A stretch of 64,000 bases of DNA from Thermoplasmata archaeon (GTDB taxonomy: Archaea > Thermoplasmatota > E2 > JACPAO01 > JAHFTW01), in NCBI GenBank assembly GCA_034667725.1, contig JAXDQS010000002.1:32001-96000 (forward strand). The letters are read 5' to 3'. The position numbers and the translations under genes are program-made. Positions 18,681 through 27,761 of this stretch are shown in pieces. The notes under the pieces are model-generated. The model had not been told where the DNA came from. It saw only the letters and a list, made by a program, of their open reading frames with translations, and did not search any database. The stretch's first letter is position 1. Each line of letters begins with the position of its first letter.

Positions 18681-19595
18681 TCATGCGTCGGATGGGCGCA
18701 GCACGCCGTAGCTGGCGATGTCGAGGTTCGGCGGCCCCAAGAACAGGCTCTGGACGAACTTGGCCTTGATGCCGAAGTGGGCGCCGGCGCCGCAGCAGAT
18801 GAACCCGGTCGGGTCGACGGACTGGATCTCCTCGCGGCCGGCCGAGTCGGAGAACAGGATGGTCTGCAGGTCGGAGCAGTCGTTCTCCCATGCGCGCGGC
18901 TCGTCGTACTCGGGCGGCACCGGCGCGTCCGGCGTGACGTTGCCGTAGGGCATCGTCATCTTGGCGTACTCGCCGTTGATGCGCGCGACGGCGTAGTAGC
19001 CGCCGGAGGAGCAACGCACCTGGACCTCGTAGCGGTCCTTCTGGTTGGCCAGCATCTCGGTGACCAGGTAGGTGGCGTTGGCGCCGTGAGGGGTGTAGTC
19101 GGAGAAGAAGTCGGCGCGGTCGGAGTCGCCGGACTGGTCGCCGGTGCAGTCGAGGACGATGCCGTTGGCGACGAAGTCGACGGCGCAGCTGATGAACACG
19201 GAGTACTCGGTCGTGATGATGGCGCCGTCGTTGCTGAAGACCCGGCGGGCCTCGATCTCGACCTCGGTGTACTCGTCGGCGGCGACGTCGACGGGATGGG
19301 GCGCGGCCTCGTGGTTGTCGGCTTGGACGCGCAGCTCGTAGGCGCCGGGCTCAAGGTCGTTGAACATGACTTGCCCCGTCTGGTCGGCCACGGCCTTGAG
19401 GCCGAGCGGGAACACCACGACGGTGGCCGCCGGCACGGGGCGGTAGCGGTCGTCCAGCACGAGCGCAGAGATGCCGCCTTTGCCGTTGGCGAGCTCTTGG
19501 GTGGTTTGTTGCGAGCCGACGGGGGCGTCGTCGCTGGAGCAGCCCGCGAGGGACGCCGCCAGCAGGAGGGTCGCGAGGATGGCTGCCGTTCCCAT
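18681..19595 (-). CDS. array lipoprotein paralog 5
   Basis: LAGC lipobox; GKGGISALVLDDRYRPV. Confidence 0.85.
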   Translation of the reverse strand: MGTAAILATLLLAASLAGCSSDDAPVGSQQTTQELANGKGGISALVLDDRYRPVPAATVVVFPLGLKAVADQTGQVMFNDLEPGAYELRVQADNHEAAPHPVDVAADEYTEVEIEARRVFSNDGAIITTEYSVFISCAVDFVANGIVLDCTGDQSGDSDRADFFSDYTPHGANATYLVTEMLANQKDRYEVQVRCSSGGYYAVARINGEYAKMTMPYGNVTPDAPVPPEYDEPRAWENDCSDLQTILFSDSAGREEIQSVDPTGFICCGAGAHFGIKAKFVQSLFLGPPNLDIASYGVLRPSDA

Positions 19596-19632
19596 GGCTT
19601 GGGGAAGGGCCGGGCCTTACAAGCGCTTTTTC

Positions 19633-20547
19633 CTAGGCGTCGGGGCGCAGCACGGCGTAGCTGTCCAGGTCGACCTCAGGGGGGCCCAGGAACAGGCTCT
19701 GGACGAACTTGGCCTTGATGCCGAAGTGGGCGCCGGCGCCGCAGCAGATGATGCCGATGGGGTCGACGGACTGGATCTCCTCGCGGCCGGCCGAGTCGGA
19801 GAACAGGATGGTGTTCAGGTCGGCGCAGTCGTTGGTCCAGTCGTTGGTGGCGCCGTACTCGGGGGGCACCGGGGCGTCGGGCGTCTGGTTGCCGTACTGG
19901 AGGGTGAAGCGGGCGTAGCGGCCGTTGATGCGGGCGACCCCCATGTAGTCGGCGGCGGCCTCGCAGCGGACCTGGACCTCGTAGCGGTCGTCCTTGTTGG
20001 CCAGCATCTCGGTGACGAGGTAGGTGACGTTGTCGCCGTACGGGGTGTAGTCGGAGACGAAGCCGGCGCGGAACGAGTCGCCGGACTGGTCGAGGGTGCA
20101 GTCGATGACGTTGCCGTTGGCGACGTAGTCGACGGCGCACGGGATGAAGACCGAAAATTCGGTGGTGACGATGCGGCCGTCCTGGCTGAAGATGCGCCGG
20201 GCCTCCAGCTCGACCTCGGTGTACTCGCCGGCCGCGACGTCCGCCGCCCTCGGGGCGGCCTCGTGGTTGGGCGCCTGCACCAGGAGTTCGTAGGGGCCGG
20301 GCTCGAGGTCGTTGAACGCGACCTGGCCGATCTGGTCGGCGGTGGCTTGCAGGCCCAGGGGCATGAGGACCACGACGGCGCCGGGGATGGGGCGGTAGCG
20401 GTCGTCGATCACCAGGCCGCTGATGCCGCCTTTGCCGCTGGCGAGCTCCTGGGTGGTGCTGGAATCGGCGGAGGTGCCGCTGTCGCCGCAGCCGGCCAAG
20501 GCGGTGGCGGACAGCAGGAGGGCGGCCAGGAACGGCAGCGTGCGCAT
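19633..20547 (-). CDS. array lipoprotein paralog 6
   Basis: MRTLPFLAALLLSATALAGC; GKGGISGLVIDDRYRPI. Confidence 0.85.
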   Translation of the reverse strand: MRTLPFLAALLLSATALAGCGDSGTSADSSTTQELASGKGGISGLVIDDRYRPIPGAVVVLMPLGLQATADQIGQVAFNDLEPGPYELLVQAPNHEAAPRAADVAAGEYTEVELEARRIFSQDGRIVTTEFSVFIPCAVDYVANGNVIDCTLDQSGDSFRAGFVSDYTPYGDNVTYLVTEMLANKDDRYEVQVRCEAAADYMGVARINGRYARFTLQYGNQTPDAPVPPEYGATNDWTNDCADLNTILFSDSAGREEIQSVDPIGIICCGAGAHFGIKAKFVQSLFLGPPEVDLDSYAVLRPDA

Positions 20548-20626
20548 GCTGGTTTTCCACGAGGGCAACCGGTCTATCAGCATTGTGTTGGGGGGCTCCC
20601 CGCCCGCCCTCGGCCGCGGTGCCGTC

Positions 20627-21589
20627 TTAGGCGTCCGCCGGCTTCAGCACGGCGTAGGAGTCGATGTCCACTTCGGGCGGGCCGAGGAAGACCGACTGGA
20701 CGATCTGGGCCTTGACGCCGAGGTCGGCGCCGAGGCCGAACAGGCAGGTGAACGACACGACGCCGGGGACGCCGGGCGGGCAGACGGTGCTGTGGATCTC
20801 GCCGTAGAACTCGCCGTGCGGGAACACGATGGTCTGGTAGGGCAGCGCCGGGTCCCACGGGATGTTGCGGCCTTGGTTCTGCGACGGCGCGTCGTTGGTG
20901 ACGTTGTCCTGGTTGACGATGCGGAGGTAGTTGCCCTTCAGCAGGTCCGCCTCGGAGAAGTAGTCGTCAAAGGTGTTGCCGTCGCGGATGGCCACGGTGT
21001 AGTCGCCCTTCTGGTTGAACAGCACCTCGGTGACCATGTAGGTCGTGAGGTTGGCGTCGTTCTCGGAGAGCTGGCTGATGAAGTAGGCGCGGGTCGAGTC
21101 GCCGGTGGTGTCGCCCATGCAGCCGGTGATGGGGATGGCGGCCAGGGCGAGGACCGGGGTCTCGGCGGAGCAGTCGATGAAGACCGAGTACTGGGTCGTG
21201 ATGATGGTGCCGTCCTGGTTGAAGATGCGGCGGGCGGGCGCCTCCACCTCGGTGAACTCGCCGGCGGTGACGTCGATCGGGACGGGCGCGCCCTCGTGGT
21301 CCTTGGCCTCGATGCGCAGCTGGTAGGTGCCGGGGTCGAGGTCGCGGAACTCGAACTGGCCCAGCGCGTCGCCGGTGGCGCTGAGGCCCAGGGGCATCAG
21401 GAACAGCTTGGCGCCGCCGATGGGGCGGTAGCGGTCGTCGATGACGACGCCGGCGATGCCGCCCTTGCCGTCGGCGAGGTCGCCCTTGCCGATGTCCTGG
21501 GTGGTCGTGACCTGGTCGTCGGTGCCGCCGGAGCAGCCGGAGAGGAGGGCCGCCAACAGGAGGCCGACCATCATGGCGGACTTGCGCAT
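20627..21589 (-). CDS. array lipoprotein paralog 7
   Basis: LSGC lipobox; GKGGIAGVVIDDRYRPI. Confidence 0.85.
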   Translation of the reverse strand: MRKSAMMVGLLLAALLSGCSGGTDDQVTTTQDIGKGDLADGKGGIAGVVIDDRYRPIGGAKLFLMPLGLSATGDALGQFEFRDLDPGTYQLRIEAKDHEGAPVPIDVTAGEFTEVEAPARRIFNQDGTIITTQYSVFIDCSAETPVLALAAIPITGCMGDTTGDSTRAYFISQLSENDANLTTYMVTEVLFNQKGDYTVAIRDGNTFDDYFSEADLLKGNYLRIVNQDNVTNDAPSQNQGRNIPWDPALPYQTIVFPHGEFYGEIHSTVCPPGVPGVVSFTCLFGLGADLGVKAQIVQSVFLGPPEVDIDSYAVLKPADA

Positions 21590-21729
21590 GCAGTCCCAGG
21601 GGGGCTCGGGGCTTTTCAATCATGTGGTCAGAGCCGCGAAACCCGGCGCACCGCGGTTTTCGGACTCGGTTTGCCAAAAGCGCGGAAAAGCGGAAATGGG
21701 TTTCCTGAAGCGTCCTTTTTCCAGCCAGA

Positions 21730-21769
21730 ACAGGAGGGGGAGGGGAAGAAGGAGGGGGAGGAGCGGGAG
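21730..21769 (-). terminator. polypyrimidine tract (on the minus strand), putative terminator
   Basis: C/T-dominated run directly after the stop of 21777..23069. Confidence 0.35.
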
Positions 21770-21776
21770 TTTGCGC

Positions 21777-23069
21777 TCAGTCCTTGCGGCGGCGGACCAG
21801 CACGGCGCCGGCCAGGAGCACGGCGACGATCAAGAGCGAGGGGCCCGGGGAGGACTCGGTGTCCTCGGGGACGATGACCTTGACCTCGTTGCCCTTCTCG
21901 TCGATGCCGTAGGCGCGCTTGGCCTCGACCACGAAGCTGGCCTCTTGGCTGGCGACGGCGGAGTGGGCCTGGTTCTGCACTTCCAAGTGGATCTTGTAGG
22001 TGCCCTCCTCGGCGCCTTCGTCGCGGAAGCGCCAGAGGTAGGTGACCTCGGCCGACTTGTCGTGCAGGTTGTGGACGTGCTGGTTCTGCGACACCACGAC
22101 GGGCAGGTCGAGCGGGGTGCTCGGGCCGGTGACCTCGATGGTGATGTTCTCGACGTCGATGTCGTAGGTGCCCCAGGGCGAGTTCTCCGCCGTGTGGATC
22201 AGCAGGATGCCGGCGGCGACCTCGGGGTGGATGTAGTCGATGTACACCGGGTTGGTGATGGCGAGCTCCATGCGGGGGTGGTGCTTGGCGTCGGAGACGA
22301 GGCGCATGTAGCCTTCGGCGGCCTTGTCGTCGTTGGCGGCGTCGCTGGTGGGGTTCTGGAACCAGTCGAGGCGCAGGTTGTAGGCGTTGGCCTTGTTGAT
22401 GGCGGTCTGCTCGAGGTTCATCTTGATGGCGAACTCGACGATGCCGTCGGCGTCGGGGGTCAAGGTGGTCAGGCTGTCGGCGGAGGGCGGGGCCGGGATG
22501 CCGGTGCCCTTGTCGTCCCAGACGTGGGCGGTGAGCTGGCCTTCCATGATCTTGGCGCCAGCGTCCAATTCGGCATCGGGGCCGATGACGTTGCCCTCAC
22601 GCATGGTGAGGCGGAAGGTGAAGGACGGCAGGTAGTTGGGCGCGCCGTCCGAGTTGCCCAAGAAGTCGCGGACATTGAGGTAGAGGTAGGACATGACGTC
22701 GGTGCCGTCGTCGATCTTGACGTCGCGGGCAATGCCGCGCTCCGGGTGGAAGCGGGGCTGGCCGTTTTCGATGAAGTTGTACTCCACCGGACCAGACGTC
22801 GCGAAGCCGTAGACGGTATTGAAGTCGTAGTTGGTCTGGCTGTTGCCTTCGACGATGGTGGGGAAGTTGGTGCCGCCGACCCGGAAGAACTCGGTGTTGG
22901 GCGCCTGGGTGTTGATCGGGAACGCGTTGAAGGTGTCGAAGATGTGGAAGTACAACGTCGTCGGGGTAGGCTTCTTCGGCTCCGGATCCACGTGGGCGTC
23001 CGCCATCGGGACCGAGGCCACCACGAAGACCGCAACCGCCACGAGAGCCAGGATGCTCTTGCCGCGCAT
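21777..23069 (-). CDS. cell-surface protein with PGF-CTERM-like archaeosortase signal
   Basis: Signal peptide; C-terminus SPGPSLLIVAVLLAGAVLVRRRKD; CTTAAAT box about 30 nt upstream. Confidence 0.75.
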   Translation of the reverse strand: MRGKSILALVAVAVFVVASVPMADAHVDPEPKKPTPTTLYFHIFDTFNAFPINTQAPNTEFFRVGGTNFPTIVEGNSQTNYDFNTVYGFATSGPVEYNFIENGQPRFHPERGIARDVKIDDGTDVMSYLYLNVRDFLGNSDGAPNYLPSFTFRLTMREGNVIGPDAELDAGAKIMEGQLTAHVWDDKGTGIPAPPSADSLTTLTPDADGIVEFAIKMNLEQTAINKANAYNLRLDWFQNPTSDAANDDKAAEGYMRLVSDAKHHPRMELAITNPVYIDYIHPEVAAGILLIHTAENSPWGTYDIDVENITIEVTGPSTPLDLPVVVSQNQHVHNLHDKSAEVTYLWRFRDEGAEEGTYKIHLEVQNQAHSAVASQEASFVVEAKRAYGIDEKGNEVKVIVPEDTESSPGPSLLIVAVLLAGAVLVRRRKD

Positions 23070-23172
23070 GGATGGCCCAGTCCATCGTTTCGAATTTAAG
23101 GGCTGCGGTCGTTTGGCTGAAGCGCGCGCCTCCCGTTGACAATGCGCGCCCGGGATTTTTTCGGTCGGGGCT

Positions 23173-23643
23173 TCAACCCACCTCGCATTTGATCTTCAAG
23201 CCGACGGCGACGGTGGGCACCGGGTCGACGGCTTCGAGCTGGTCCAGGTCGCCGTTGGAGCCCTCGCAGTAGAACGTGAGGCTGGTGAAGGACACCGTCG
23301 CGGTGTCGGTGCAGACGTTCACGTTGGCGCAGGCCACCAGCTCGTCGCCGCCGGGGCCGGTTGCCAGCATCTGGCCGCTCACCAGCCCGACACCTTCCAC
23401 GGTGATCTTGGCCGACATGCTGGTGCAGCCCGTGCACGAAGCGGAGGAAGTGCAGGTGGGCATGTTGACCAGCGTGTGGACGGTGAGCGGCACCATGGCG
23501 ACGGGGACCGGGAGGGCCTCGGCTTCGCAGGAGCCCGACGCCGCCTGGACGGAAGGGGCGGTGCCGGGGCCAAGGGCCAGCAGGATGGCGGCGAAGCAGG
23601 AAAGGTTGCAGGGCACCCCTTCCTCAATCCTGGCGGCCGGCAT
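23173..23643 (-). CDS. small secreted Cys-rich protein
   Basis: Hydrophobic N-region followed by paired Cys; start uncertain. Confidence 0.55.
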   Translation of the reverse strand: MPAARIEEGVPCNLSCFAAILLALGPGTAPSVQAASGSCEAEALPVPVAMVPLTVHTLVNMPTCTSSASCTGCTSMSAKITVEGVGLVSGQMLATGPGGDELVACANVNVCTDTATVSFTSLTFYCEGSNGDLDQLEAVDPVPTVAVGLKIKCEVG

Positions 23644-23676
23644 ACGCCTATTGGCTAAGGCAGGCGGCGACGCAGC

Positions 23677-25899
23677 CTACCCCGACCAGCCGCCGCCCCC
23701 GCCCGCGTCGCTTGCCGCGGCGACGACGGGCGTCGGCGGGGCCGGCGGCGTCCAGTCGAGGTGGTCGAGGACGATCTCCGCCAGGTCGCGGGCCTCCATC
23801 TTGCCTTCCTGGCCGGTGAGCGACAGGCCGTCGGTCATCATGGTGAGGCAGAACGGGCAGGCGGTGGCGACGGTGTCGGCGCCGGTGTTGGCGGCCTGCT
23901 TGGCGCGGATGACGTTGATGCGGGTCTTCTCGTCCTTGACCTCGTACCACATGTTGGCGCCACCAGCTCCACAGCACAGGCCCTGCGCCCGGTTCTGCAC
24001 CATCTCCAGCACTGGCAGGCCGTTGTTGGCCTTCTGCAGCACTGCGCGGGGCGCGTCGGCGATGTTGTTGTGCCGCATCAGGTAGCACGAGTCGTGGTAG
24101 GTGACCTTGAGCGGCTTGCCTTGCTTGAGCGGGATGCGGCCCTCGCCCAGCAGCTTCTCCAGGAGCTGGGTGTGGTGGATGACCTCGAAGGTGGCGCCGA
24201 ACTCGGGGTACTCGTTGCCCAGGGCGTTGAGGCAGTGCGGGCATTGCGCGATGACCTTGGTGGCGCCGTATTGCTGAAGGGTGACGAGGTTCTCCATGGC
24301 GCTTTGCTGGAAGCGGCCCTCCTCGCCGAGGCGGCGGGCGGGGTCGCCGTTGCAGCGCTCCTCGGCGCCGAGGATGGCGAAGTCCACCTTGGCGGCGTTC
24401 AGCAGCGTGGCGACCGCGCGCGTGACCATCTGGTTGCGGGGGTCGAACGAGCCGGAGCAGCCGATCCACCACAGGTACTCGAAGCCCTCGCCCTTGGCCT
24501 TCTTGTCGGCGGCGAGCGGCACCACGACGCCGGGCGGGAGCTGCGCCGTCCAGTTGGGGCGGTCGGAGGCGGGGAAGCCGTAGGGGTTGCCGGCGTTGGT
24601 GATGTTGACCAGGAGCTTCTGCTGGTGCTCGTCCAGCTTGGAGTCCATGACGAGGGCCCGCCGCATCTCGGCGATGAGGTCCACGTGCTCGATGTCCACG
24701 GGGCAGGCGGTGACGCAGGCGCGGCAGGTGGTGCAGCTCCAGAGGGTCGCCTCCTGGATGGCGGCGCCGACGCCGTCGGACTCGGTGAGCTTGCGGGGCT
24801 TGTGCCCGGCGTTGCCCTTGCCGGCGCGCCAGTCGTCCCACATCTCGACCTTGAGGTCCTGGATCAGCTTGCGCGGCGACAGCGGCCGGCCGGCGGCGGT
24901 GGCGGGGCATTGCGCCTCGCACCGGCCGCAGTTGGTGCAGGCGTCGAGGCTGAGGCGATCCTTCCAAGTGAAGTCCCGGATGGTGGCGTAGCCCACCGGC
25001 GGGATGTCGGTGCTGCCCGACTCCATGACCTTCTGCAGGTTGAACGGCGTCGGCAGCTTGGGCAGGCTCTGGCGCTTGGGGTCGTGGAAGTAGAGGTTCA
25101 GGCTGGAGGTGAAGATGTGCCGCAGCTTGGTCCACGGCAGCACGGCCATGGCGGCGTTCCACAGCATGAAATGGAGCGCCCACACGAACGGGTAGGCGGC
25201 CGCGACCTGCGCGCTGCTGACCGACGACATGAGGTTGGCGATGCCGTAGCCGACGAACGACCAGCCGGCGTAGTTGATGCCCTCGTCCACGATCTGGTGG
25301 CGCAGCCGCATCCCCTCCAGCACGAAGCCCGAGACGCCGATCAGCAGCAGGAACCACAGCGCCGCCTGGTCGCCGTCGACGCCGCGGAACCAGCGGGGCG
25401 CCTCGGCCAGGCGGGTGCGGTGCAGTTGCGGCGGCCGCTGCACAATGCGGCGGTGGATGGCGTAGCCGACGCCCGCGACGAACAGCAGGCCGAAGACGTC
25501 CAGCACCACCTCGAACAGCAGGTACTGGTTGCCGAACAGCAGCTTGCCGCCCATGGCCTCGAACAGGTCGGCGTCGATGGCCACGATGGTGGTGCCGATG
25601 AACAGCATCACGAAGCCGAAGAAGATCCAGGCGTGCATCGTGCCCGGCTTGCGGTCCTGCTGGAACTTGCGGTGCGTCGCCATCGCCCGGACCAGCCGCG
25701 ACAGCCCCGTCCGCCAGTCGCCCGGCTGCCACGGCTTGCCGGCGCGCCAGACCCGCACCATCGTCCAGAAGCCCCACAGCATCACCAGGACGGCGAGGCC
25801 GGAGAGCGCGTACATCCAGGCCGCGGTGCCCGGCGGCATCAGGTCCAGGTTCGCCCGGCACGGCAGGTCCGGGGACGGGATGCACTGGCTCGCGGCCAC
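23677..25899 (-). CDS. membrane Fe-S oxidoreductase (FadF/HdrD-like; ETF:quinone oxidoreductase type)
   Basis: N-terminal TM region; CTNCGRC…CP and CTTCRAC…CP ferredoxin motifs; CCG domains (YHDSC, CCGAGG, TACPFC). Confidence 0.9.
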   Translation of the reverse strand: MAASQCIPSPDLPCRANLDLMPPGTAAWMYALSGLAVLVMLWGFWTMVRVWRAGKPWQPGDWRTGLSRLVRAMATHRKFQQDRKPGTMHAWIFFGFVMLFIGTTIVAIDADLFEAMGGKLLFGNQYLLFEVVLDVFGLLFVAGVGYAIHRRIVQRPPQLHRTRLAEAPRWFRGVDGDQAALWFLLLIGVSGFVLEGMRLRHQIVDEGINYAGWSFVGYGIANLMSSVSSAQVAAAYPFVWALHFMLWNAAMAVLPWTKLRHIFTSSLNLYFHDPKRQSLPKLPTPFNLQKVMESGSTDIPPVGYATIRDFTWKDRLSLDACTNCGRCEAQCPATAAGRPLSPRKLIQDLKVEMWDDWRAGKGNAGHKPRKLTESDGVGAAIQEATLWSCTTCRACVTACPVDIEHVDLIAEMRRALVMDSKLDEHQQKLLVNITNAGNPYGFPASDRPNWTAQLPPGVVVPLAADKKAKGEGFEYLWWIGCSGSFDPRNQMVTRAVATLLNAAKVDFAILGAEERCNGDPARRLGEEGRFQQSAMENLVTLQQYGATKVIAQCPHCLNALGNEYPEFGATFEVIHHTQLLEKLLGEGRIPLKQGKPLKVTYHDSCYLMRHNNIADAPRAVLQKANNGLPVLEMVQNRAQGLCCGAGGANMWYEVKDEKTRINVIRAKQAANTGADTVATACPFCLTMMTDGLSLTGQEGKMEARDLAEIVLDHLDWTPPAPPTPVVAAASDAGGGGGWSG

Positions 25900-26043
25900 G
25901 GCCGAGGGACCGGCGGGACACGCTTAGGGATGCCGGGTCGAAGCCGGCTGGCTGCAGACGCTTGCAGAATTTGGGCAAGGGATCGCGGAGCACGAGGGGC
26001 GAGGCGGATTCTAGGAGGCCCGCACCAGGTTCGGAGAGCGGCC

Positions 26044-26766
26044 TTAGCGCCCGCCCGCCGCCCGCAGGTCCGCCTTGTCCTGGGCGTCGAAGCTTTTCGG
26101 CGGCCCGTCGCCCAGGATGGACAGGATGCTCACGGTCTCGACCTGGCAGTACATGACCGAGCGGGTGTTGGTGGAGTGCCCCTGGTCGGGCTGGTCCTGG
26201 CAGCTGTCCGCCTCGTGGTCCTGGACCATCGGGACGCCGTTGTTCACCAGGCCAAGGATGTGGCCCAGCTCGTGGGTGGTGACGGCCTCCAGGATGTCGT
26301 TGACGCTGCTGCACAGCAACGGGTTGGAGCAGGCGTCGTGGACCGATTGCGAGAAGATGGCGACGAGGTCATGGTCGAAGGCGACGCCGAGGACGCCGTC
26401 GACCTCGTAGTGGCCGTCCAGGAACAGCAGGTGGGTCACGACCCTGCTGCCGCCGGTCTTGAGGCCTTGGTGGGCGCGCGACAGGGACAGGAGGGCGTCG
26501 TTGGTCCACTCGCTGTCGTCGGGGCGCATGGTCTCGTCGACCTGGAACCGGACGTCGTCCTTGTGCACGAGCGGGGTCAGCTTGTTGGCAAGCGCCGTCA
26601 GCAGCGAGGTGGGCGGCTGGTGGCCCGAGACCGCGTCCACCTCCAGCACCCACTCCTTGTAGGTGCCGTCGGTGAGGAAGTCCTTGGGCTCGAGGCCGCC
26701 GCCCGTGTTGAACAGGCAGCCCGACAGCAGGGGCAGGAGGGCCAGGACGGCGACCGTGACGCGCAT
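26044..26766 (-). CDS. zinc metalloprotease lipoprotein
   Basis: LSGC lipobox; HELGHILGL; Met-turn-like SVM. Confidence 0.85.
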   Translation of the reverse strand: MRVTVAVLALLPLLSGCLFNTGGGLEPKDFLTDGTYKEWVLEVDAVSGHQPPTSLLTALANKLTPLVHKDDVRFQVDETMRPDDSEWTNDALLSLSRAHQGLKTGGSRVVTHLLFLDGHYEVDGVLGVAFDHDLVAIFSQSVHDACSNPLLCSSVNDILEAVTTHELGHILGLVNNGVPMVQDHEADSCQDQPDQGHSTNTRSVMYCQVETVSILSILGDGPPKSFDAQDKADLRAAGGR

Positions 26767-26839
26767 CGGAGGTTGGGACGCGGAGGCTCCGGCTTAGGGT
26801 TTCTGTCCCGAGCCTTCTCTGCCCGCCGAGAGCCCACCG

Positions 26840-26890
26840 AGACACAGATTCCACAGAACTGCTTCAGAGGATTCTGTGGAATCTGTGTCT
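26840..26890. repeat. perfect 19-bp inverted repeat (REP-like)
   Basis: AGACACAGATTCCACAGAA, 13-nt loop, TTCTGTGGAATCTGTGTCT. Confidence 0.9.
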
Positions 26891-26912
26891 AGTGGGAGGC
26901 GTCTAGGCCCCG

Positions 26913-27761
26913 CTACTTCTTCAGCAGCTGCGTCAGCTTCGGCACGACTTGGTAGATGTCCCCCACGATGCCGTAGTCGGCCACCTGGAAGATGGGCGCG
27001 TCCTTGTTGGTGTTGATGGCGACGATGAGCTTCGAGCCGCGGATGCCGGCGATGTGCTGGATCTGGCCGGACACGCCGCACGCGATGTACGCCTTGGGCT
27101 TGATCTGGTGGCCGGACAGGCCGATCCAGTGCTCCTCGCCGAGCCACTTCAGGTCGGCCGCGATGGGGCGGCTGCACCCGACGGCGCCGCCGGGGAAGCA
27201 CTTGGCCAGTTCTTCGGCCATCTTGAGATCCCCCTGCGCCTTGAAGCCGCGGCCGACGCCGACGACGACGGGCGCGGAGCCGAGGTCGAAGCCGCCGGTG
27301 CGCTCGGGCTTGCGGCTCACGACCTTGACGCGGGAGCCCTTGAGCCCCTCGGCCTTGTGGCCGGTGGCCGCCGCGGCGCCGCCCTCGAAGGTCTTGGGGG
27401 TCACGGTGACGACGGCGGTCGGCCCCATGGTGTAGGTGGCCTTCGAGTTGCCCGACAGCACCATGCGCTCGACGGTCCAGTTGCCGGGCCCGCCGACGGA
27501 CTGGGCCTCGCCGGCGAACGGCCAGTCGAGGTGGGCGGCGGCGCGCGGGCCGACGTCCTTGCCCTTCTTGGTGGCGCCCACCAGGACGAGGTCGGCCTTG
27601 TGGTTGGTCGCGACGGTGGCCAGGGCGACGGCGATGGTGGCGGAGTCGTAGTCGGGGAGGGAGCCGATGTCGAGGGCGACGGCGGTGCCCAAGGTGTGGG
27701 CCTTGCCCAGGAGCTCGCCTTGGAGCTTGGGGTCGTCGGACCACACGAGGACGGTCGGCAT
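26913..27761 (-). CDS. etfA: electron transfer flavoprotein alpha subunit
   Basis: GVGRG, GCSRP, IGLSG, GVSGQIQH, AINTNKDAPIF; TGATG overlap with etfB. Confidence 0.95.
   Translation of the reverse strand: MPTVLVWSDDPKLQGELLGKAHTLGTAVALDIGSLPDYDSATIAVALATVATNHKADLVLVGATKKGKDVGPRAAAHLDWPFAGEAQSVGGPGNWTVERMVLSGNSKATYTMGPTAVVTVTPKTFEGGAAAATGHKAEGLKGSRVKVVSRKPERTGGFDLGSAPVVVGVGRGFKAQGDLKMAEELAKCFPGGAVGCSRPIAADLKWLGEEHWIGLSGHQIKPKAYIACGVSGQIQHIAGIRGSKLIVAINTNKDAPIFQVADYGIVGDIYQVVPKLTQLLKK

Noticed and set aside
7800-21589. CRISPR array or DGR template/variable repeats among the repeated sequences
   Set aside because: The repeats are coding and degenerate, without constant repeat-spacer periodicity; no cas or reverse transcriptase gene; differences between paralogs 5 and 6 are not adenine-specific
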